IMG/VR virus record: IMGVR_UViG_3300008262_000463 | Location: 1-59,708 of that record | DNA: 59,708 bases | Source: a virus | Taxonomy: Duplodnaviria > Caudoviricetes | Strand: one strand, 5' to 3' | Shown here: positions 19,848-27,456 of the stretch, piece by piece | How the letters are laid out: each line of letters begins with the position of its first letter | Numbering within the stretch: the stretch's first letter is position 1 | Notes under the pieces: model-generated | Seen by the model: only the letters and a program-made list of their open reading frames with translations | What the model was told of the DNA's origin: nothing | Database searches by the model: none | Made by a program: the position numbers and the translations under genes

Positions 19848-21202
19848 GAGAAAAAGTCCTCTAAAGAATTAGTTTTCTCTACTGTCCAACCGACAAGGTC
19901 CAAAATTGTTTTAATTGGTTCTAAGAATGTTTTTTCAAATTGCAATTCATAATCAATGAATTCCTGTAAACCAAATTCAGGAGGCAATCTTGAAGGATAA
20001 GAAATCACAGTATCTTTAAATGGATTTGGCATTTTTAGATATGTGAATTTCAATTTATCACCATCTTGAACAAACGGATATTTCTTCGTTAGTTTCTTTT
20101 CTTTTAGATAGTGATTGTAGAGTATCGCACCCTTAACATGAATGGGTGTTCCTTTCTTATATAGTGTAAGTGGATCCGAGTAATTACTTAGACCATTACA
20201 TCCTCTTGGAAAAGATACTTCTTCTGCCGGCAAACCATTAAAGTGTTTTCTGAAATCTTCAATATAGTTGTGCAACTCAGTTTCGGTGCCCGTTATAATT
20301 AGTTTAATCGTTTCTTTCATTCTCTCACGAATGATGGCTGGTGTGGAAGATTTTACCATTTCCAAACCCATAACTTTCATCTTTGGTTCTTTGTATTGCA
20401 CACCTTCATTATTATATACATTCAACACATATCGTTTCTTGGCAGTCCACAAACCTCTACTTGCAAGTGCTTCTCGCTTCATTTCCATTTTCTGTTGATA
20501 CGCATGGATATAATCAGCAAGTTCCTGATAACTCTTGTCAATGTACGGCTGAATTTTATCTTCACAGACCTTGTCCATGAAGGAGATGATTTTCGCATGA
20601 TCTTCGCTTCCAGACTGAAAGACAGTATCCACCAGTGATGCAAGATTGAGATAAATCGAATCAGTATCGGACGCAATGACATAATCTTCTTCCGTTTTTA
20701 GTAGTTTATTGAGATATTCATTTAACTTATTTTCAATCCAACGAATCGATAATTGTCCAGCCAATGTGACTGCAAGTGCCATACGCAAATCATAGAATCT
20801 AAAATATTGTGAGCCAAGAGCACCGTAAGCGGAGTTCAATGAAACTTTTTTAGCTAATTGAATATTGTTATACTTAGCAATTTTCTTTTCTAGTTCTTTT
20901 TTCTTTTCTGTATCTGTTTCGTTTTGATATTCTTGTTGTGCAGACAACATAAACTTTTTAAACTTTTTACGGTCTTGATACATTTCTTCCATCATCTTAG
21001 GCAGGAAACCTTGGAAGTCAGTCCTGAAGAGCTGACCGTTGGGTGTGAGAGTACAATGCATAGGTCCAAGAAAAGATGTATCAACTGTTTTGTCCAATAA
21101 ACTATTAACATTGACTTTATCGATTTGTTGTTCAAACAATACAATAGACTGAAGTTCTTTTTGAATTTCTTCAGTTGTTAATTCTTTTACATTACGAAAC
21201 AT
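19844..21202 (-). CDS. gp43: Family B DNA polymerase, C-terminal subunit (gp43B)
   Basis: KKVSLNSAYG (motif B), SDTDS (motif C), KKRY and a C-terminal clamp-binding SLEDFF. Confidence 0.93.
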   Translation of the reverse strand: MFRNVKELTTEEIQKELQSIVLFEQQIDKVNVNSLLDKTVDTSFLGPMHCTLTPNGQLFRTDFQGFLPKMMEEMYQDRKKFKKFMLSAQQEYQNETDTEKKKELEKKIAKYNNIQLAKKVSLNSAYGALGSQYFRFYDLRMALAVTLAGQLSIRWIENKLNEYLNKLLKTEEDYVIASDTDSIYLNLASLVDTVFQSGSEDHAKIISFMDKVCEDKIQPYIDKSYQELADYIHAYQQKMEMKREALASRGLWTAKKRYVLNVYNNEGVQYKEPKMKVMGLEMVKSSTPAIIRERMKETIKLIITGTETELHNYIEDFRKHFNGLPAEEVSFPRGCNGLSNYSDPLTLYKKGTPIHVKGAILYNHYLKEKKLTKKYPFVQDGDKLKFTYLKMPNPFKDTVISYPSRLPPEFGLQEFIDYELQFEKTFLEPIKTILDLVGWTVEKTNSLEDFFS

Positions 21203-21735
21203 TATTTACACCACTTCTTTCTATTTTCCGTTACAGTCAATATTTGCAAATTATCAGGATGATGTAAACCACCTTTTGCAATTGGTTGAATATGGTCTAC
21301 TTCGTGCCCCTTAGGACAAATTAAATAAAATTCTTGAATTTTTATTTTTTCTTCATTAGTTAATTCGGGAGTTTGATTCCGTATTCTTGCTCTGCGTCTT
21401 GCCGCAATTTCATTTCTAATTCTTCGTTTATGTTCTTCACCTAGATAACGACTTCTTTGAGCACATGAATAACTACAATATTTGGAATCATACTTTTCAC
21501 TTTCAGTTCTAAACTTCTGTGTTTCATATTCTTTAGCACAATGCAAACATTCTACTTTGGCTTTGCGTTCTTTATTTTGACATTCTAAAACAAAAGGTTT
21601 CTTTATATCAAATTTTTGTAGGTGTTTTTTGATATTGGCATCCGAACAACCAAAATATTCAGCAACTTCACTACGCCTCATATTTTTGGTAATAAACAAC
21701 TCATATAGTTTATCCTTCGTGATATTGTATTTCAT
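21202..21735 (-). mobile_element. Free-standing HNH homing endonuclease inside the split polymerase gene
   Basis: N-terminal HTH, CxxC..YCSxxC zinc finger, HEVDHIQP..GGLHHPDNL..N. Confidence 0.88.
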
Positions 21736-21742
21736 AGATTCT

Positions 21743-21773
21743 CCAAATAAGTAACCACATCTACTTATTTAGT
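21743..21773 (-). promoter_or_regulatory. RBS-occluding hairpin containing a late promoter variant (ACTAAATA)
   Basis: mRNA CUAAAUAAGUA-GAUGUGGU-UACUUAUUUGG pairs into the GGAGA SD of the HNH gene. Confidence 0.65.
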
Positions 21774-23063
21774 ATTTCTAAGTCTCAATTCTTCAAGTAA
21801 TTTGCGTTTTCTTTCAGATATATAACTTCTTTCTACAAGATTTTCAGGACTTATGGAATACTGCATCATAAGGTGGGGGTAAAGTGAATTTAGGTCAAAG
21901 CTAGCAACCCACTTGTGCAATCCTGTTTGTGGTTCTTTGACATATGCACCTTCAAATGCAGAATCTTTATCTTTAATGATTCTTGGTGGAACAATAATAT
22001 TTTTCTCCAACAAATAAGAATATGTTAGAGAATCCCACATACGAGTTTGTGCAAATACATCCTCATAATTTGTTTTGGTGTCATATGCAAGAGTTACTGC
22101 CAACTCCAACAACTTTAACTTATCTTCTAACTTCAGAATAAGGTCAACGTCTTTGATGTTATATTCGATAAATTTTTGATAGTTGAGTTTGTACAATTGG
22201 TGCAAGTTATCATACTCATCATATGATATTTTCTTTTCACCTAATTCTACATTAGCAATATTATCAAGTTTATAGGACTCTTGTGACTTGCCGCCTGGCG
22301 CATACCATTTGTACAATTCAATATAGTCAAGTGAAGCAAGACCAACCAATTCGTATGCAATCAATTGTCTGCCATTAATTACAGTAGTTCTTTCATTGAT
22401 TCTGTTCCAAGGTGATAACTTTTTGCAATCATCATCACCTAGAATCTTTTTGAATCGATTGATCAAGTATGGTATATCAAAGAATTTTGTATTCCAACCA
22501 GTTATGATATCTGGTGTTTTTTCTGACCACATTTTAAGAAAGTGTTTACACAAAGACCACTCATCTTTGCATTTATGATATGTAACATTCTCAGGATCAT
22601 TATTCTCATATGAACCGCAACCATAAACATATTTGTGTCCATCGATATAGTGAATAGCAATTGCTGTGATCGGTTCGTTTGCTTCGTAGGGATCAGGAAA
22701 ACCATTCTCAGATCCGACCTCAATATCGATAATTGCAATTTCTAATTTATCGAAATCATAGTCAATCATGCCTTTGTGTTGATCAGCAATAAAGGCATAT
22801 TCAAAACGAGTTTGTCCGTAAATTTTAGGACCATTTGAAACACCATCAAACTGTTTAATGTAATCTCTGGCTTCTTTCATTGTGCCAAAGATTTTTTGAT
22901 CTAGATAATCACCATCTAATGATGTAAAGTTTGTGATGCGTTTGGATGGAATATAGAGTGAAGGAGAATATTCAATTCTCTGCTTCACCCTTTTTCCGTT
23001 CTGTATACCTCTGTATAGTATGTTACTGCCAAAGGTTTGAACATTAGTATAGAATGATTTCAT
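21765..23063 (-). CDS. gp43: Family B DNA polymerase, N-terminal subunit (gp43A: exonuclease plus motif A)
   Basis: DIEV (ExoI), GWNTKFFDIPY (ExoII), YNIKDV (ExoIII), SFDLNSLYP (motif A). Confidence 0.93.
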   Translation of the reverse strand: MKSFYTNVQTFGSNILYRGIQNGKRVKQRIEYSPSLYIPSKRITNFTSLDGDYLDQKIFGTMKEARDYIKQFDGVSNGPKIYGQTRFEYAFIADQHKGMIDYDFDKLEIAIIDIEVGSENGFPDPYEANEPITAIAIHYIDGHKYVYGCGSYENNDPENVTYHKCKDEWSLCKHFLKMWSEKTPDIITGWNTKFFDIPYLINRFKKILGDDDCKKLSPWNRINERTTVINGRQLIAYELVGLASLDYIELYKWYAPGGKSQESYKLDNIANVELGEKKISYDEYDNLHQLYKLNYQKFIEYNIKDVDLILKLEDKLKLLELAVTLAYDTKTNYEDVFAQTRMWDSLTYSYLLEKNIIVPPRIIKDKDSAFEGAYVKEPQTGLHKWVASFDLNSLYPHLMMQYSISPENLVERSYISERKRKLLEELRLRNTK

Positions 23064-23371
23064 CCTGTAATAATTTGTTTTTGTCCTGGCACAACAATTC
23101 CTGTACCGAAAATTTGATCATAGTTTTGTTTAAAATCTTCTGCTGGTTCATAAGAATATACAATATGTTTCTTACGAATGGCAATAGATGAACCGGTCTT
23201 TTGTTGAGCGTGAATTGGAAATGGTGCGAATCCAACATTTGGTGTTCCATCTTTACCACGAACAACCGCAATGGATACTGGATTGATAAAAACTATTTCT
23301 GTTTCAGATTCACCTTCCAGTTCACCTAGAATATCTTCACCGGTAATAAGTTTGGCTGCTAAAATTTTCAT
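23060..23371 (-). CDS. Conserved hypothetical protein (Sm-like fold)
   Basis: KLITGEDILG motif; similar to 41161-41559. Confidence 0.6.
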   Translation of the reverse strand: MKILAAKLITGEDILGELEGESETEIVFINPVSIAVVRGKDGTPNVGFAPFPIHAQQKTGSSIAIRKKHIVYSYEPAEDFKQNYDQIFGTGIVVPGQKQIITG

Positions 23372-23390
23372 ATTAATACCTCTTTTTTTA

Positions 23391-23398
23391 TATAAATA
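23391..23398 (+). promoter_or_regulatory. Late promoter TATAAATA for the plus-strand island
   Basis: Exact consensus. Confidence 0.65.
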
Positions 23399-23418
23399 AT
23401 AGAGTGAGTTGAATAGGA

Positions 23419-23447
23419 AGTATACTAGTTTCTGATTAGATTGTCAA
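23419..23447 (-). promoter_or_regulatory. Sigma70-type promoter for the polymerase operon
   Basis: TTGACA-17 nt-TATACT. Confidence 0.8.
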
Positions 23448-23474
23448 TAAAAAGAAAGGTATATTTCGATTAAC

Positions 23475-23594
23475 ATGGATTACATCGCATATGGCATAGC
23501 AATACTTTCATTGGCCATCTCCATATATGTATTGTTAGAACTCCAAGAAATTAAAAACTTGGATTTATTCAATATATTCAAAAAGAAAAAGTGA
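23475..23594 (+). CDS. 39-aa single-TM peptide
   Basis: MDYIAYGIAILSLAISIYVLLELQEIKNLDLFNIFKKKK; below the ORF-track cutoff. Confidence 0.45.
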   Translation: MDYIAYGIAILSLAISIYVLLELQEIKNLDLFNIFKKKK

Positions 23595-23647
23595 CTTGAT
23601 TGAATTTGTGCGTGATTCGTTTTGCATAGTTTGATTAGGATACTAAA

Positions 23648-24091
23648 ATGTCAAAATTAGATTTATCTGCTGGTAAGGCAGCTCTTGGCTCGATCAAAGA
23701 AGCCAAACAATTAGGTAAAGAATTTGGTAGTGTAATCACCGATGAGCAGGCTGAAAATGAACGCCTTATCCAAGCACAACATAAAAAAAGATTAGAAGAT
23801 AAAGAGAAGGCTCTAAAGTGGGCCGAATTTGCTGAATTTCGTGCCGTAAAGGAATACGAAAAACAAAAAGAAAGAGAATCAGAGTTAGCCAAATTAAAGA
23901 AATCCGTTACTGATAAATATGGTAATAACGCTTGGAATGAAGTAGAACAAATTAAAGAGAAACAAAAAAAAGAGCATGATGAAGAAAAAGCTCTTATAGA
24001 TGCTGATCGTCACAAAGTGCAAGATTTGATGTGGTGGTGTGTTACAGTAGCGGCTCTCATAACATATTTTTTCAAGTTATACAAAATATGA
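23648..24091 (+). CDS. Coiled-coil protein with C-terminal TM anchor
   Basis: AGGA RBS; charged helix; LMWWCVTVAALITYFF. Confidence 0.75.
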   Translation: MSKLDLSAGKAALGSIKEAKQLGKEFGSVITDEQAENERLIQAQHKKRLEDKEKALKWAEFAEFRAVKEYEKQKERESELAKLKKSVTDKYGNNAWNEVEQIKEKQKKEHDEEKALIDADRHKVQDLMWWCVTVAALITYFFKLYKI

Positions 24092-24228
24092 AACCGCCTA
24101 AAAAAAGTAACCAACCAATGATTGCAATTGTTACAGTTGTATCTATGTTAACATTGATATATCTTGATTACCATTCCGCCCAAGTTAAAAGAGAAGCAGA
24201 GAGAAAAGCTGAAACAAGAAATAGGTGA
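24088..24228 (+). CDS. 46-aa single-TM peptide
   Basis: ATGA-coupled to the previous stop; MIAIVTVVSMLTLIYL. Confidence 0.5.
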   Translation: MKPPKKSNQPMIAIVTVVSMLTLIYLDYHSAQVKREAERKAETRNR

Positions 24229-24322
24229 TTTTTTTATGAGACTGGCTCCGAAGGTAGCACTAATAACATTACTGTGTATTTCATTACTATTCTTATTAGA
24301 GGTTTTAGTTAAACTAAAATGA
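24164..24322 (+). CDS. Small TM peptide; start uncertain (TTG 24164 or ATG ~24236)
   Basis: VALITLLCISLLFLLEVLV; its stop overlaps the next ATG. Confidence 0.35.
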   Translation: MITIPPKLKEKQREKLKQEIGDFFMRLAPKVALITLLCISLLFLLEVLVKLK

Positions 24323-24419
24323 AACATCCAATCGAAATTCTTATGGACTTTTGGACCCATATGTTTTTAATTGGGTACTTTAGTCTATACGACATCACTA
24401 AGTATAAAATCTAAAATCA

Positions 24420-24471
24420 TTTTTTTCAATCTCCGGATTCTTGGATTTTTTTTCGGAGCCGGATTGAAAAA
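24420..24471. terminator. Long imperfect hairpin between convergent units
   Basis: TTTTTCAAT/ATTGAAAAA outer stem plus CTCCGGA/TTCGGAG inner stem. Confidence 0.55.
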
Positions 24472-24481
24472 TTTCGAAATT

Positions 24482-24547
24482 TGGAGCGGTCGGCCGCTAT
24501 GCTCGGCTAAACTAAGTGGGAACTCAATTCGTACTATTACAGACCGC
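24482..24547 (-). ncRNA. Non-canonical tRNA-Gly-like RNA (66 nt)
   Basis: GCGGTC...GACCGC-T-CCA acceptor; loop TTCCCA; minimal D arm; T-loop AGCATAG; own promoter. Confidence 0.7.
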
Positions 24548-24556
24548 ATTTATAAT

Positions 24557-24585
24557 ATTATATATACACTCTCACAAAAAATCAA
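24557..24585 (-). promoter_or_regulatory. Sigma70-type promoter of the tRNA-like RNA
   Basis: TTGATT-17 nt-TATAAT ending 10 nt upstream of G1. Confidence 0.7.
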
Positions 24586-24603
24586 TACTACTTCTGGTAA
24601 ACT

Positions 24604-24679
24604 TGGCCTGACCAGGAGGAATCGAACCCCCGTATAGATGCTTAGAAGGCACCTGCGTTATCCGCTACGCTATGGTCAG
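24604..24679 (-). tRNA. tRNA-Arg(TCT)
   Basis: Cloverleaf; GGTGC-CTTCTAA-GCATC; GTTCGAT; CCA end. Confidence 0.93.
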
Positions 24680-24811
24680 TTATTCTTCAACAACCAATTC
24701 ATAATCTTGTTTTGAAACACCACACTCAGGACAGCCAACTGAATCTGGTAACATAGCATAATCTTCTTCTGTTAATATGTGGCCACAGACCACGCAACGA
24801 TAGTATCTCAT
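24680..24811 (-). CDS. Rubredoxin-like protein (43 aa)
   Basis: MRYYRCVVCGH...CPECGVSKQDY with two CxxC motifs; coupled to the rubrerythrin stop. Confidence 0.8.
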   Translation of the reverse strand: MRYYRCVVCGHILTEEDYAMLPDSVGCPECGVSKQDYELVVEE

Positions 24812-25263
24812 TATGCAATCTCCTGTTTCATTTGTTGATATTTGGAAGCATGAACTTTTTCGGCACCTTGTAGTGCTTTGAATCTCTTTGCGGCAAGTGC
24901 TAAGACTTTCTTAAATTTTTCAGCGTGTTCTACTGATTCATTAATTTGATCTTGTGCCTCTTTTGCTGCTTGTTCATTACCTTCTGCAATTGCTTCTTCC
25001 AACATTTTTGGATACATTTCGGTGTATTCATATGTTTCACAATCGATGGCTTTTTGAAGGCAATCGTTTACATCTAGTGTACCAACAAGCAGTTCTAAAT
25101 GTCCCCATGCGTGTTTTACTTCCTGTTCGGCAGTATGTTCAAAATGTTTTGCAACATCCTCATACCCTTGTTCTCGAGCAAGTTTGGCAAAATACTTGTA
25201 TTTCACATGAGCCTGCGATTCTCCAGCAAAAGCAGCCTCCAAATTTTTAATTGTGACACTCAT
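24811..25263 (-). CDS. rbr: Rubrerythrin (ferritin-like diiron)
   Basis: NLEAAFAGES, EVKH, ETYEYTEMYP, ESVEH. Confidence 0.9.
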   Translation of the reverse strand: MSVTIKNLEAAFAGESQAHVKYKYFAKLAREQGYEDVAKHFEHTAEQEVKHAWGHLELLVGTLDVNDCLQKAIDCETYEYTEMYPKMLEEAIAEGNEQAAKEAQDQINESVEHAEKFKKVLALAAKRFKALQGAEKVHASKYQQMKQEIA

Positions 25264-25302
25264 TTATTTTTCCTTTCAAATAATTAATGTTGATAGTATT
25301 AA

Positions 25303-25391
25303 ACTATACATTATTACTTAGTGCAAAGCAACACAAAAATGACTTATTACCTATATGATATTTTTTTATTGTGGTGATCGAAAAAAACAAT
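25303..25391 (-). promoter_or_regulatory. Promoter TTGCTT-17-TATAGT with upstream OxyR-like operator
   Basis: ATGA-N7-TTAT-N7-ATCG-N7-CAAT at 25355-25391. Confidence 0.55.
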
Positions 25392-25861
25392 TAGGCCATG
25401 TTTAGAGTTTTTAGTCTATCGGCTGCATATGATGCCGCAAAGGCTTGAGGTTTGACCATTGGTATGACATTACAGGTACCACGAATATAACCAATGGCTT
25501 CGTTGATAACACAGTTTGACCCGTGTAATTCGGAAGGATTAATGTCCAGATGAACTTCAACATCACGACCTTCAAGTACATCTGCAAGTTTTAAATATAA
25601 CTCACTTACACGATATACTTCATTCATTAAACGAAATCTTGGACGATTTTGTTTTTGATCATAATCTTTTTCACGGTATACTTCACCAAACAATTTGCAT
25701 CCGTGTTTTCCATCAATATGAATTACAATTGCCAGAACATAATCTGCATACCACACTTTATCAATCTTGAATCTTTCTGAATCACAACCAATGTATATTT
25801 TTGTTTCTGTACTTTGTTTTTCAATAAATTCTTTTACTTCTTCAAGATTGATCTTTTTCAT
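25391..25861 (-). CDS. RNase H-like YkuK (DUF458) family protein
   Basis: IYIGCDS, RLMNEV, EVHLDIN, KPQAFAASYAADR. Confidence 0.85.
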   Translation of the reverse strand: MKKINLEEVKEFIEKQSTETKIYIGCDSERFKIDKVWYADYVLAIVIHIDGKHGCKLFGEVYREKDYDQKQNRPRFRLMNEVYRVSELYLKLADVLEGRDVEVHLDINPSELHGSNCVINEAIGYIRGTCNVIPMVKPQAFAASYAADRLKTLNMA

Positions 25862-25865
25862 AAAG

Positions 25866-26201
25866 TCACCTTTTCGGTTTTGGTAATTGTGGAAGTTTTT
25901 TCCACTCCTCTATCCATTTTTCTTGTTCAGATTGTTTTTCAATAACTCTATCGAGTTTTTCATTTGCTTCTTTTAATCGTTGTATCACAATATCATTTTT
26001 ATCTCTTGTATCGTGTATGACTTTATGCATACCGTCTAATCTACCTTCAAATATGAGTACACGTTCTTTGAAGTAGTCAACATCACGGCCTCTTGACCAA
26101 GCAATAGCTAAGATGACCAATGTTGTACAAAACAATGCCATCAAGCAATACATTAATATTTCTTTTTTATCTTTATCTGTAAGTTCTTTTAATATTTTCA
26201 T
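25866..26201 (-). CDS. Single-TM coiled-coil hypothetical protein
   Basis: One hydrophobic segment followed by a heptad region. Confidence 0.6.
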   Translation of the reverse strand: MKILKELTDKDKKEILMYCLMALFCTTLVILAIAWSRGRDVDYFKERVLIFEGRLDGMHKVIHDTRDKNDIVIQRLKEANEKLDRVIEKQSEQEKWIEEWKKLPQLPKPKR

Positions 26202-26216
26202 ATGTTTTTATAAAAA

Positions 26217-26294
26217 TGGTCCGAGTGGCAAGATTCGAACTTGCGATTTCCTGCTCCCAAAGCAGGCGGAATAACCAGACTATCCTACACTCGG
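26217..26294 (-). tRNA. tRNA-Pro(TGG)
   Basis: CCTGC-TTTGGGA-GCAGG; GTTCGAAT; CCA end. Confidence 0.93.
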
Positions 26295-26299
26295 TTGTT

Positions 26300-26473
26300 T
26301 TATTTACTTTGATATCTAACTCGACAAGACACATTCATTTGTGATTTTGCCTGTTTAAGTGCTTTTTCAAAGGTGTGTTTTTTTGCTAAACATTCTTTTT
26401 CATTTTTAAATTCTTCTACAACTGCAAAATTTTCTATAGAACCTAACCAAATAATCAGTAAATAAGATATCAT
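26300..26473 (-). CDS. 57-aa hypothetical protein
   Basis: AGGAGA RBS; MISYLLIIWLGS...F.NEKECL..K. Confidence 0.6.
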   Translation of the reverse strand: MISYLLIIWLGSIENFAVVEEFKNEKECLAKKHTFEKALKQAKSQMNVSCRVRYQSK

Positions 26474-26487
26474 GTTTATCTCCTATT

Positions 26488-26561
26488 TGGTGCCCCTTGA
26501 CAGAATCGAACTGCCAATTGCTCATTACAAGTGAGCTGTTATGCCATTTAACTAAAGAGGC
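26488..26561 (-). tRNA. tRNA-Thr(TGT)
   Basis: GCTCA-CTTGTAA-TGAGC; GTTCGATT; CCA end. Confidence 0.92.
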
Positions 26562-26579
26562 AATTCAATACCTTATATA

Positions 26580-26664
26580 TGGTGGGTAGCCAGGGACTCG
26601 AACCCCGTATGCCTAAGGCGCCGGATTTACAGTCCGGTGCAGTAACCTGTTCTGCTCGCTACCC
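26580..26664 (-). tRNA. tRNA-Tyr(GTA)
   Basis: CCGGA-CTGTAAA-TCCGG; long variable arm; CCA end. Confidence 0.93.
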
Positions 26665-26670
26665 AATGAT

Positions 26671-26746
26671 AAGGGGCACACCAAGCGTTTCCCAACGAGT
26701 GGCTGTTGTTTAAGAGTAGGCGTGACGTTCGCGCTCACTCCCCCTT
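26671..26746 (-). ncRNA. Candidate structured ncRNA heading the tRNA operon
   Basis: GC-rich; closing stem AAGGGG/CCCCTT; two internal hairpins. Confidence 0.45.
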
Positions 26747-26769
26747 TTACTTTTTAAAGAACAAATATT

Positions 26770-26798
26770 ATATTATCACTACCACAATATTTTGTCAA
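26770..26798 (-). promoter_or_regulatory. Sigma70-type promoter of the tRNA operon
   Basis: TTGACA-17 nt-TAATAT. Confidence 0.65.
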
Positions 26799-26834
26799 GC
26801 TTTACTGTTGTAAAAATACAACACTTGGAAATAA

Positions 26835-26866
26835 AAAACCTCAAGATTTTTAGGCCTTGAGGTTTT
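26835..26866 (-). terminator. Rho-independent terminator
   Basis: AAAACCTCAAG/CTTGAGGTTTT stem with T-run. Confidence 0.75.
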
Positions 26867-26882
26867 GGAATTTAATTATATT

Positions 26883-27419
26883 TTAAATTTGATTTTCAAA
26901 ATCCTGTTGCGGCCATTCTAACCAACCAAGTGGTTCTGCTACTATAGGTGTGTCTGGATCTTGAATATTTTTAAACACTTTGTGTAATTCTTCTTTAATA
27001 ACAAACTTAGTAAATAATCCTGTGCTCATACCGTAGGCTTCTATTTCCCATGGTTCAAACCAGTAATCTATGGTATCTACATTGACTTTTGTGCCACGCC
27101 ACCGAGTTGCTGATTCATTCATTTCAGAATAAGCATATTGTTTAACATGAACCATTTCGTGAGCGAGTGTTTCTAAAATATCTCTTGCGCCAATGCCTGG
27201 ATTTAACTCAATTAAAAATTCTCTTGGTTTTCCAGAATCATTGTATTCTTCAACACTAGCATATCCATATACATCTAGTTTATCATTGAACTTGATTTGT
27301 ACATAGATATTATCCATTAATTTCTTGGATAACAAATTTTCGGCATAAAAGAGAGCTGCACGCTTAACGAATGGTCGGAAGCGTTCTTTATCAGGACATT
27401 TAACGATGCTGAGTTTCAT
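26883..27419 (-). CDS. HExxH zinc metallopeptidase-like protein
   Basis: LAHEMVHVKQ..PWEIEAY; likely start MKLSIV after a late-like GATAAATA. Confidence 0.75.
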   Translation of the reverse strand: MKLSIVKCPDKERFRPFVKRAALFYAENLLSKKLMDNIYVQIKFNDKLDVYGYASVEEYNDSGKPREFLIELNPGIGARDILETLAHEMVHVKQYAYSEMNESATRWRGTKVNVDTIDYWFEPWEIEAYGMSTGLFTKFVIKEELHKVFKNIQDPDTPIVAEPLGWLEWPQQDFENQI

Positions 27420-27456
27420 CTTAGGTCCTTTCCCTTGATATACATTATTTATCTGA

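Noticed and set aside
21202-21790. Group I intron or split intein in gene 43
   Set aside because: No non-coding space for an intron core and no intein terminal motifs (C/S start, HN-C/S/T end); both halves have ordinary start and stop codons.
24482-24547. tmRNA piece or decayed tRNA pseudogene
   Set aside because: Acceptor identity is Gly, not Ala (no G3-U70), and there is no tag ORF. Intact stems, CCA and a dedicated promoter argue against decay, though decay is not excluded.
24371-24637. 88-aa plus-strand ORF
   Set aside because: Overlaps a hairpin, the tRNA-like RNA, its promoter and tRNA-Arg on the opposite strand; no RBS.
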